Shown here in pieces: positions 8,256 to 16,301 of a DNA stretch of 64,000 bases. Numbering within the stretch: position 1 is the first letter of the stretch; each line of letters begins with the position of its first letter. Source of the stretch: an uncultured bacterium (GTDB lineage Bacteria > Cloacimonadota > Cloacimonadia > Cloacimonadales > Cloacimonadaceae); NCBI GenBank assembly GCA_937960795.1, contig CALGPA010000002.1, positions 25,458 to 89,457 of the forward strand, given 5' to 3'. A program made the position numbers and the translations under genes. A model generated the notes under the pieces. The model saw only the letters and a list, made by a program, of their open reading frames with translations. It was not told where the DNA came from and ran no database searches.

Positions 8256-9374
8256 ATGATAAGACGCATGTACCCGATCATCACACTTTGTCTCATAATG
8301 ACGATACCCGCAATAGCAGGAGCTATTCAAAGCAGCATTGGCGGTGAGATGTGGTCAAGATGGACACTGCAGACCGGCACTTCAGCTGCAGATAGCAGCA
8401 CTGTAATCAAACAAAACTCCATGGCCTTAGAAAGAGGTTACTTGGATTTTCGCACTAAGTTCAACCCAAATACTGACGCACGTTTTACGATTGATTTGTT
8501 TTCGACAGACAGCCAAAAGGATGGAGCGGGACTCAAGCTCAAATATGGGTTTGTGGACTTCAAGAATATCCTCCCGATCTCCCATGCAAATCTGACTGTA
8601 GGGCTGCAAAAAGTATATTTTGGATCCATCTATGACTGGGACTATAGTCTCATCGGGAAAGCTCCGGTAGATGAACACAAGCTCGCCAGCAGTGCGGATT
8701 ACGGAGTCTCAATCAACGGTAAACTCTCTTCCGGAAAAGGCGAATATGCTTTAGCTATCTACAATGGAGAAGGCTACAAGAATTATGGAGCCAATCTAAA
8801 AGAAAACACCCGTTTCGAATATTTGGCAAATCTCAGATACAAGCCCATCTCGCAAGTTACTTTGGGCGGTTCATTTATGACCAACAGCATCGGACGAGAA
8901 CGCGATCTGACGGCTGATCAACCGGTAAACACATATCAAGAGCAGATCCTCATGGACTTCCTGATGCGTCTGGACATCGCTCCGGTAAACATCACTTTCG
9001 AATATCTTCACAAAGACGCCAAGTATCCAAACATAGCTGATGGCACAGCTGATTACACTGCATCTGGGATCAGCATCATTCCGATAGTGAGCCTTAAGGA
9101 CATCACCTCAAAGGACATCCAGCTGGTGGGACGTTATGATCGTTGGGATCAGACAGATGACGCTGCAAACAAACATCTGCTAAACCTTTTTACAGCAGGG
9201 ATCAACTACAATTTCATGCATGACGAAAAATCTAAGCCCGCCATGCAAGCACAGCTAAACATCAGCCACAAGAGCTATGATCCGGACAAGTCACTAGCTA
9301 CATATCAAAACAATCTAAAAGACAGCACGACCGTCATGGCTCAGCTCAAATGGCGATTTTCCCATAAGATCTAA
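8256..9374 (+). CDS. outer-membrane porin, probably phosphate-selective (OprO/P-like)
   Basis: 372 aa with a signal peptide (…IPAIAGA), beta-strand-like alternating pattern and aromatic-rich C-terminus (KWRF). It lies directly upstream of pstS behind the Pho-box-like array. AAGGAG RBS. Confidence 0.55.
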   Translation: MIRRMYPIITLCLIMTIPAIAGAIQSSIGGEMWSRWTLQTGTSAADSSTVIKQNSMALERGYLDFRTKFNPNTDARFTIDLFSTDSQKDGAGLKLKYGFVDFKNILPISHANLTVGLQKVYFGSIYDWDYSLIGKAPVDEHKLASSADYGVSINGKLSSGKGEYALAIYNGEGYKNYGANLKENTRFEYLANLRYKPISQVTLGGSFMTNSIGRERDLTADQPVNTYQEQILMDFLMRLDIAPVNITFEYLHKDAKYPNIADGTADYTASGISIIPIVSLKDITSKDIQLVGRYDRWDQTDDAANKHLLNLFTAGINYNFMHDEKSKPAMQAQLNISHKSYDPDKSLATYQNNLKDSTTVMAQLKWRFSHKI

Positions 9375-9385
9375 AGGAGAGAACA

Positions 9386-10195
9386 ATGCGTAAATATCTT
9401 ATCTTGACACTAGCTTTGGCAGCAGCTCTATCACTGGGGCACGCTCGCACAAATCAAATCACCAGTTCCGGATCCACGACCGTCCTACCCGTCGCTCAGG
9501 CAGCTGCGGAAGCCTATATGGATCTGAATCCCTCGATCAACATCTCAGTAAGAGGCGGAGGCTCAGGCGTGGGAGTAGCGGCGTTGCAAAATGGCACTGT
9601 GCAGATTGCAAATTCTTCCCGACCAATGAAGGCTTCTGAAGCCGCAGCATGTGAGGCCAAAGGCTTCAAGCCCGCCGCCTATGCCATCGCCAATGATGGA
9701 ATCGCCATGGTGGTTCACCCCACAAACCCCATCAAAAACCTCACCGTGAGCCAGATCCGGGACATCTATACCGGAAAGATCAGTAACTGGAAAGAGCTGG
9801 GTGGCAGGGATCTCGCCATCGTAATCATCTCAAGAGATGTTGCTTCCGGCACCTTTGAAGTCTTCAACGACAAAGCTCTGTCCAATAAGAAGGTAGTCTC
9901 TTCAGCTCAGCTATTAGCTTCAAACAACGCCGTAGTGACAGCCGTGAGCAGCACACCGGGAGGGATTGGCTATGCTGGTTTGGGATACATCACTGATCTG
10001 GTGAGAGTAGTCTCTGTAGATGAGATATTTCCAACGATAAGCACTATCCAAGATGGGACCTATCCCTTAAGCCGCAAATTGTTCATGTTCACTCGCGGCA
10101 AAGCTACAGGAGATGTAGATCGTTTCTTGGCTTGGATCCAATCTGCAGCCGGTCAAAAGATAGTTGCAGAACAAGGATTTATTCCGATCAGATAA
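9386..10195 (+). CDS. pstS: phosphate ABC transporter substrate-binding protein PstS
   Basis: 269 aa with a signal peptide and the PstS-type motif SSGSTTVLPVAQAAAEAY. Operon context with pstCAB. Confidence 0.9.
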   Translation: MRKYLILTLALAAALSLGHARTNQITSSGSTTVLPVAQAAAEAYMDLNPSINISVRGGGSGVGVAALQNGTVQIANSSRPMKASEAAACEAKGFKPAAYAIANDGIAMVVHPTNPIKNLTVSQIRDIYTGKISNWKELGGRDLAIVIISRDVASGTFEVFNDKALSNKKVVSSAQLLASNNAVVTAVSSTPGGIGYAGLGYITDLVRVVSVDEIFPTISTIQDGTYPLSRKLFMFTRGKATGDVDRFLAWIQSAAGQKIVAEQGFIPIR

Positions 10196-10264
10196 TCAAA
10201 ACCACCGCTCTCGGCAAGGAACATCCATCCTTGCCGGGATCGGGCTTAAAAGGAAAGCATTAAT

Positions 10265-11131
10265 ATGCAAATAATGGAAAAGACCTTCAAAGCCACCAGC
10301 TATATTGCGGCTTTCATCTGCATCATAGCCGTGTTTGGCATCATCATCAGCATCTTCATGGAAGGACTTCCACTCTTTAGGGTAGTGAGCATCAAAGAAT
10401 TCATCTTCGGTGATGCCTGGTATCCCACCCATCACGATGCCGCACAATTTGGGATCAGAAATCTCATCATCGGCTCTTTCTTAGCTACCTTGGGTGCCAT
10501 CGTCATTTCTGTGCCGTTGGGCTTGGGATCAGCCATTTTCATCTCAGAGCTTGCAAGCTCGAGCTACAAAGACTTTGCCAAGCCGGTGATTGAGCTTCTG
10601 GCAGCGATTCCGAGTGTGGTCTATGGTCTCTTTGGAATGGCGATTGTAGCTCCATACATCAGAGAAATCTTTGATTTGTCCACGGGACTCAATCTCTTCA
10701 CGACATCCATCATTTTGGGTCTGATGGTTGTCCCGATCATCGCCAGTATGAGCGAAGATGCTTTGTCCAATGTTCCCAAAAACCTCAAAGAAGCTTCATT
10801 AGCTCTGGGGGCCACAAAGTGGCAAACCATCGTCAGAGTAGTCGTTCCCACAGCCAAAAGAGGGATCAATGGATCGATTCTGCATGGCTTTGGAAGGGCA
10901 ATCGGAGAAACCATGGTAGTCTTAATGGTGGCAGGAGGATCAGCTCAGATTCCGGGATCAATCTTTGAGTCCATCCGCCCTCTTACTTCCACTATAGCCG
11001 CGGAGATGGGCGAGACCGTCGTGGGTGATCTTCATTATCGATCGCTTTTTGCAATCGCGATCGTGCTCTTTGTGATTACCTTCATAGTAAATCTCGCCGC
11101 TGAGCTCAGCTTTGCAAAGAGAGGCCGATAG
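10265..11131 (+). CDS. pstC: phosphate ABC transporter permease PstC
   Basis: 288-aa polytopic protein with an EAA-like loop (EASLALGATKWQTIVRVVVP). Confidence 0.9.
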   Translation: MQIMEKTFKATSYIAAFICIIAVFGIIISIFMEGLPLFRVVSIKEFIFGDAWYPTHHDAAQFGIRNLIIGSFLATLGAIVISVPLGLGSAIFISELASSSYKDFAKPVIELLAAIPSVVYGLFGMAIVAPYIREIFDLSTGLNLFTTSIILGLMVVPIIASMSEDALSNVPKNLKEASLALGATKWQTIVRVVVPTAKRGINGSILHGFGRAIGETMVVLMVAGGSAQIPGSIFESIRPLTSTIAAEMGETVVGDLHYRSLFAIAIVLFVITFIVNLAAELSFAKRGR

Positions 11132-11985
11132 TGAAGTTTCCCAGAATCTGTGATATTTTGGGCAAGAGCTTGGTGACAATGATGTTTGTCCTCACTCTAA
11201 GCGCGCTTGCTATCTTTTTGATCGCCGTCCTCAGTCGGGGACTGGGCATGATCTCATGGACGTTTTTGACAGATGTCCCACGAAATGGCATGACCGAAGG
11301 CGGAATCTTCCCGGCGCTGGTCGGCACGTTTTGGCTGACCATCCTTTCTGTAGCAATTGCCCTGCCTCTGGGCATCTTTTGTGCGATCTACCTATATGCT
11401 TATGGCAAGCCTTTGTGGTTTGTCAGCATCGTAAAACTCGCTATCAACACTTTGGTCGGGATTCCATCAATCATATACGGACTCTTTGGCATGGCAGTGT
11501 TTGTAAACATCATGTCGCTTGATGTATCTTTAATATCCGGAGCGCTCACTTTGGCGATCCTAGCTCTTCCTCTGATCATCATTGCCTCAGAAGAAGCCAT
11601 GCAGGCCGTTCCAAAAGACTTTTGTGATGCGTCCTATGCCTTGGGAGCTGCCCAAGGAAAGACGATCACCCGTATAGTGCTTCCGACTGCTCTACCGAAC
11701 ATCCTCACCGGAGCCATCATCAGCATTGGCAGAGTGGCAGGGGAGACCGCTCCCATCATGTTTACTGCTGCCACCTTCTATTCCCGCAGACTCCCGCAAT
11801 CTTTAAGTCACGAAGTAATGGCTTTGCCATACCATATCTTTGCATTGATGACGGAAGGCTCAAACTCTGCCAAACAAACCCCGATTGCTTATGGCACGGC
11901 ATCCGTGCTGCTACTTTTGGTATTGGGGATATCCTCGATTGCCATCATAATACGCTATCATCTTAGGAGAAAAAAACAATGGTAA
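11131..11985 (+). CDS. pstA: phosphate ABC transporter permease PstA
   Basis: 284 aa. GTG start overlaps the pstC TAG stop by 1 nt. EAA loop is [20 protein letters not shown]. Confidence 0.9.
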   Translation: MKFPRICDILGKSLVTMMFVLTLSALAIFLIAVLSRGLGMISWTFLTDVPRNGMTEGGIFPALVGTFWLTILSVAIALPLGIFCAIYLYAYGKPLWFVSIVKLAINTLVGIPSIIYGLFGMAVFVNIMSLDVSLISGALTLAILALPLIIIASEEAMQAVPKDFCDASYALGAAQGKTITRIVLPTALPNILTGAIISIGRVAGETAPIMFTAATFYSRRLPQSLSHEVMALPYHIFALMTEGSNSAKQTPIAYGTASVLLLLVLGISSIAIIIRYHLRRKKQW

Positions 11986-12737
11986 AAAGCCATATATCCA
12001 CCAAAGACTTGAATCTCTGGTTTGCCGAAAACCACGTATTGCACGATATAAATATGGATCTCTACGAAAACAAGATAACCGCCATGATCGGCCCCTCAGG
12101 ATGCGGCAAATCAAGTCTGCTTCGCTGTTTCAACCGGATGAATGACCTCATCCCAAAATCCAAAATCAAAGGAAGCATAATCCTTGATGATCTTGATATA
12201 TATCATCCGCAGATCCCTGTGACACAGATACGCACAAAGGTGGGGATGGTCTTTCAAAAACCCAATCCTTTTCCCAAGAGTATCTTCAACAACGTTGCCT
12301 ATGGACTCAAGATTCAAGGAAAATTTCGCAAGAGCGAGATCCGCGACAGGGTCGAAAAAAGCCTCATGGACGCGTGGCTTTGGGATGAGGTCAAGGACAG
12401 ACTCCATTCTTCGGCAATGTCTTTGTCGGGGGGGCAGCAGCAGCGCTTATGCATTGCCAGAGCTTTGGCAAATAGTCCCAGAATATTGCTTTTGGATGAG
12501 CCCACATCTGCTCTGGATCCCCAATCAACTGCCAAGATCGAAGAGCTCTGCCTGGATCTTAAGGATAAAGTCACCATCCTCATTGTAACCCACAATATCG
12601 CTCAAGCCGGAAGAATCTCGGATTATACCGCCTTCATGTATCTAGGAGACATGGTGGAGTTTGACGAAAGCTCAAAAGTCTTTACCGTTCCAAAAGATAA
12701 ACGCACTGAAGCATATCTCACCGGCGTTTTTGGATAG
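11979..12737 (+). CDS. pstB: phosphate import ATP-binding protein PstB
   Basis: 252 aa with Walker [10 protein letters not shown], signature LSGGQQQR and Walker [12 protein letters not shown]. It has the PstB-typical N-terminus. Confidence 0.95.
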   Translation: MVKSHISTKDLNLWFAENHVLHDINMDLYENKITAMIGPSGCGKSSLLRCFNRMNDLIPKSKIKGSIILDDLDIYHPQIPVTQIRTKVGMVFQKPNPFPKSIFNNVAYGLKIQGKFRKSEIRDRVEKSLMDAWLWDEVKDRLHSSAMSLSGGQQQRLCIARALANSPRILLLDEPTSALDPQSTAKIEELCLDLKDKVTILIVTHNIAQAGRISDYTAFMYLGDMVEFDESSKVFTVPKDKRTEAYLTGVFG

Positions 12738-12756
12738 ATCTAAATAGGAGAAAAAC

Positions 12757-13440
12757 ATGCTAAGTAATAAACTAAATGAACTCAAAAGAATGCTCTTGGA
12801 CGAAGCGGCATATGTCGAGAAAATGGTGATCATATCAATGAACGCTATCCAAAGGGGCTATGAATGCAATCTCGATTCTGTGCTCAGCTATGAAGACAAA
12901 GTAAACAAGCTGGAGCTCGAGATTGAGCGCTTTTGCACAAACATCATTGCCTTGTATCAACCCGAGGCTATTGATCTGCGCACAGTGTTGATGACCTACA
13001 AGATAAACAATGATCTGGAAAGATTGGCGGATCAGGCAGTTAACATTGCCGAAAGCGCAAATTCGATCTGCGGTGAACCGATCGGTGACTATCTGCCACA
13101 GATTATCTGCATGAAGAAAAAGGCAATCCAGATGTTGCACAAAAGTATATCAGCCTTCATCGATCGAAACATCGACTTGGCAAGACAAGTATGTCTGGAA
13201 GACAATGCTGTTGATGAGCTAAATAGAACCCTTCACAACACCCTGATCGACTTGATGAAGGACAGGCCGGGATATATCGATAGCTATCTGCATCTTATGC
13301 GTATATCCAAGAATCTGGAACGCGTAGCAGATCTTTCTACAAACATCGCCGAAAACACCATCTTCCTTGCCTCAGGGAAAGTAGTGAAACACCATATAGA
13401 CGAAACAGATCCCGAAAATGAGAAAAAGATCATAGGCTGA
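12757..13440 (+). CDS. phoU: phosphate signalling complex protein PhoU
   Basis: 227 aa with duplicated PhoU repeats (DLERLADQAVNIAE and NLERVADLSTNIAE). Confidence 0.9.
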   Translation: MLSNKLNELKRMLLDEAAYVEKMVIISMNAIQRGYECNLDSVLSYEDKVNKLELEIERFCTNIIALYQPEAIDLRTVLMTYKINNDLERLADQAVNIAESANSICGEPIGDYLPQIICMKKKAIQMLHKSISAFIDRNIDLARQVCLEDNAVDELNRTLHNTLIDLMKDRPGYIDSYLHLMRISKNLERVADLSTNIAENTIFLASGKVVKHHIDETDPENEKKIIG

Positions 13441-13473
13441 CAATCGAGAATAGCAAAAAAGAGATACAGCACA

Positions 13474-13500
13474 GCGTATCTACCTGAAAAATAGATACGC
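13474..13500 (+). terminator. hairpin after phoU (possible terminator)
   Basis: GCGTATCTA-cctgaaaaa-TAGATACGC, a 9-bp stem. The downstream T tract is weak. Confidence 0.3.
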
Positions 13501-13510
13501 TAGATTCGTT

Positions 13511-13575
13511 GCTCATGCCTCCCTCACCGGTCGCTCACCGGTCAAGCGTGCAAGCGGTGAGAAAATAAGGACTTA
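13511..13575 (+). repeat. intergenic repeat family A, copy 1 (core only)
   Basis: gctcatgcctccCTCACCGGTCGCTCACCGGTCaagcgtgcaagCGGTGAGaaaataaggactta is near-identical to the cores at 27262-27325, 49810-49875 and the reverse complement of 37525-37590. Confidence 0.85.
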
Positions 13576-13675
13576 GAGCTCTGGTAAGTTTACGACAAAA
13601 ACGGTTCTAAAGCAAGCTTTTGCGTAGCCAAGACATACTTGATAAAACGGATTATATATTGTAGGCTAATATATG

Positions 13676-14191
13676 CTAATGTATGGTTTTATACTCTTTA
13701 TAGAAAAGCCTCAGTCTCCGCAGAGCTTTGGATCTGATCTGTTTGATTCTTTCGGGTCTCAGCTTCGTGCGCTTGGCGATCTCAAGCAATGGTAGGCGCT
13801 CAGCATAGCTTAGTCGTAGAATGTCGCGCTCCAGCTCCGGCATATCATCCGGAAGGCTCATGTCGCTTGTTTTATGCTCAGCTTCCGGGGCTTGGATTCT
13901 GGCAAGATCATCGTGGTAGGAGCCGTGTTCTGAGTTCTGAGCAATCTCCCTTTTAATGGCCAGCAGGATTCGTTTCTTGATCCAGAAGTGAGCATAGGTG
14001 GAAAACTGAGTTTCACGCTCTGGATCAAAGCGCATATTTGCCTCCAAAAGACCAAAGATCCCCTCTTGAAAAAGATCTTCTTGGCTCAGTGATTTGTTCT
14101 TGTATTTTGCGACAAAACTGCGAACCAAGCCCTCATAGTCTTTGATTAGTATCTCAGGATCCATGAATGGATCAGTGCCAAGCATCTTCAT
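13676..14191 (-). CDS. small sigma-70 family RNA polymerase sigma factor (regions 2 and 4 only)
   Basis: 171 aa. Region 2 is DLFQEGIFGLLEANMRFDPERETQFSTYAHFWIKKRI. The region 4 HTH is LPLLEIAKRTKLRPERIKQIRSKALRRLR. It overlaps the phoR stop by 20 nt. Internal ATGs could shorten that overlap. Confidence 0.75.
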   Translation of the reverse strand: MKMLGTDPFMDPEILIKDYEGLVRSFVAKYKNKSLSQEDLFQEGIFGLLEANMRFDPERETQFSTYAHFWIKKRILLAIKREIAQNSEHGSYHDDLARIQAPEAEHKTSDMSLPDDMPELERDILRLSYAERLPLLEIAKRTKLRPERIKQIRSKALRRLRLFYKEYKTIH

Positions 14192-15500
14192 TGTAGAGAT
14201 TTTGGGGGATTAAGATCTGGAAGTGGCAGCCCTGCCCGGGACTGCTGTCGACTTTTATCTTGCCGTTGTGTAATGCAATGATGTGCTTGACGATGGAGAG
14301 CCCGAGTCCGGTTCCGCCCCTGGTGCGATTGCGTGAGTTTTCTCCCACCCAAAAGCGCTCGAAGATCCTGTGGTGATCTTTGGGATCTATTCCTTCTCCG
14401 GTGTCAAAGAAGTCAAAATGGATCATGTCCGCGACCAGTCTTGCTGAGATCTTGATTCCTCCCTTATTGGTGTGGCGGATGGAATTTTGAGACAGATTGA
14501 TAAAGACTTGCTCAAGCTTGAATGGATCAAAGAAAGCCCTAATGTCTTTGGCTACGTTCATCTCAAGCTCAAGCTCTGCGTCATCGGTCATGGGCTGGAT
14601 GATAAGGCGCAGATTTGCCATAAATTCTGCCAGATCAAGCTCTTGAATAGATAGACCAAAGCCCCGCTCAAGCCGGATAAGCTCCTCAAGATCGGCAATC
14701 AGGCGGATGAGGCGATGGGTATGGTTTTGGATGATGTCCAGAAACCTATCCTTTTGGGATTCATCATCCCGCAGAGCCTCGGAGAAGCCTTTGATGGCAG
14801 TGAGCGGAGTACGAAACTCATGAGCAAGATTGACGATAAAATCTCTCTTCATCTGTTGAGCTGCCCTGAGCTCGTCTATGCTTTGGAGCATAAAGACCCG
14901 CTTTTTTCCGTTGGAGTCTGAAGCAGCACTGAGCAGAAAATAGTGATCCTCAATGGTAAACTCCCTAAGCTCTTTCTGCTCAGATGGGCTGAAGTCCTTG
15001 AGGAATTCCAGCAAAAACGGCTCTCTGATAATCTCCCAATAGTGGGGATGTTTTTTGTCGGACGACTTATTGAACAGTTTGTAAAAAGAGCTATTGGCCC
15101 AGAGGATCTGCCCGGCTTCATCCTGAGCCCAAAGGGGGTCCTCATTTGAAGATAAAAGGAGACGCAATTCCTCTCTGTGGGCAGCTAAATGCCCGATCGT
15201 ATTATCTTTCTGATTGAGGAGTTCATTGATGGATTTGCCGATCTCGTCAAATTCTTTTATACTCAAGTCCGGGATGGATTGATTGAGGTCGCCTTTGCTG
15301 ATGCGCCGCAGCGAAAAGAGTATCTTGTGCAGCTGTCTGTCATATGTGATCAAGTGAAAGATCAAAATTCCGCCGGTGCTGAGGCTCATGATGAGCAGGG
15401 TGAGTCCAATCCCCGTCCTTGATACCAGGAGCATGTTTAGCAGCAGAAGATTCAGCAGATTCAGATATATGAGACTGCGGGTCAAGCTACGTTTTTCCAC
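14172..15500 (-). CDS. phoR: sensor histidine kinase, PhoR-like
   Basis: 442 aa with N-terminal TMs, a HAMP-like linker, a PAS-like segment, the H-box HEFRTPLTAIKGF and HATPase motifs (GGTGLGLSIVK). GTG start abuts the phoB stop. Confidence 0.8.
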   Translation of the reverse strand: MEKRSLTRSLIYLNLLNLLLLNMLLVSRTGIGLTLLIMSLSTGGILIFHLITYDRQLHKILFSLRRISKGDLNQSIPDLSIKEFDEIGKSINELLNQKDNTIGHLAAHREELRLLLSSNEDPLWAQDEAGQILWANSSFYKLFNKSSDKKHPHYWEIIREPFLLEFLKDFSPSEQKELREFTIEDHYFLLSAASDSNGKKRVFMLQSIDELRAAQQMKRDFIVNLAHEFRTPLTAIKGFSEALRDDESQKDRFLDIIQNHTHRLIRLIADLEELIRLERGFGLSIQELDLAEFMANLRLIIQPMTDDAELELEMNVAKDIRAFFDPFKLEQVFINLSQNSIRHTNKGGIKISARLVADMIHFDFFDTGEGIDPKDHHRIFERFWVGENSRNRTRGGTGLGLSIVKHIIALHNGKIKVDSSPGQGCHFQILIPQNLYNEDAWH

Positions 15501-16184
15501 CTATGTTTTCTCCACAAAAGTGTAGCCAACGCCTCTGATATTTTGGATATGCTTTGCATAATCTCCGATTTTGTCCCGCAGGTTTTTGATGTGGACATCT
15601 ACGCTGCGTTCTATCACTATCTTATCAGATCCCCAAAGAAAGTCCAAGATTTCAGAGCGAGACCAGACGCGGCCTGGATTAGTCACAAAGTGTTTTAACA
15701 AGCGAAATTCGGTCAAGGTGAGATCAAGTCGCTTGTCTTCGATGCTGGCTTCGTGAGCCACAATGTCAATACAAAGAGAAGGGGCGACATGATGGACTTT
15801 GTCAGGTTTTGCTTGGCATCTTCTGAGAACAGCATTCACCCGAGCTACCAGTTCTTTGCCATCAAAGGGTTTGCCAAGATAGTCATCAGCACCCATCTCC
15901 AAACCTTCCACCTTGTCGAGGGGAGAGATCCTGGCAGTTAGCATAATGATGGGCAAGAAAGCGAGCTCAGGATTTTCTCGGATCTTTTTGCAGATCTGAA
16001 AACCATCCATATCAGGCAACATTAGATCCAAGACCAAAAGGTCGCAAGTATGCTCTGCAAGAGCTCTCAGCATTGATGTTCCATGGTCAAATATCCTGGT
16101 GTCAAAGCCAGCACTTTGGAGCTTGATGGCTATCAGCTCGGCAATATCCGGTTCGTCTTCCACTATATAGATGAGTCTTTGCAT
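15501..16184 (-). CDS. phoB: OmpR/PhoB-family response regulator
   Basis: I moved the start to ATG 16184 (MQRLIYIVEDE, AGGAAG RBS). Receiver motif is DLLVLDLMLPDMDG. The winged-helix C-terminus contains RGVGYTF. Confidence 0.85.
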   Translation of the reverse strand: MQRLIYIVEDEPDIAELIAIKLQSAGFDTRIFDHGTSMLRALAEHTCDLLVLDLMLPDMDGFQICKKIRENPELAFLPIIMLTARISPLDKVEGLEMGADDYLGKPFDGKELVARVNAVLRRCQAKPDKVHHVAPSLCIDIVAHEASIEDKRLDLTLTEFRLLKHFVTNPGRVWSRSEILDFLWGSDKIVIERSVDVHIKNLRDKIGDYAKHIQNIRGVGYTFVEKT

Positions 16185-16239
16185 CTTTCTTCCTAATCCA
16201 TTTTGAGTCTCATCGTGGCGGATGGGCATTTTTCGGCAA

Positions 16240-16266
16240 GAATAATTTGGTTAAATCTTCTTAACA
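16240..16266 (-). promoter_or_regulatory. possible Pho-box-like repeats upstream of phoB
   Basis: The minus strand reads TTAAGA-agat-TTAACC-aaat-TATTCT. This is the same TTAAC core as at 8158-8196, but with 10-bp phasing. It lies about 60 nt upstream of the ATG at 16184. Confidence 0.3.
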
Positions 16267-16301
16267 AAACCGATTAGGATCTCCAAGCTCAGTCTGATGA
16301 G

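Noticed and set aside
8374-8390. sigma54-like -24/-12 match cCGGCACttcagcTGCa
   Set aside because: It lies inside the porin coding sequence, with no downstream gene start. Both the conserved T of TGGCAC and the TT of TTGC are missing.
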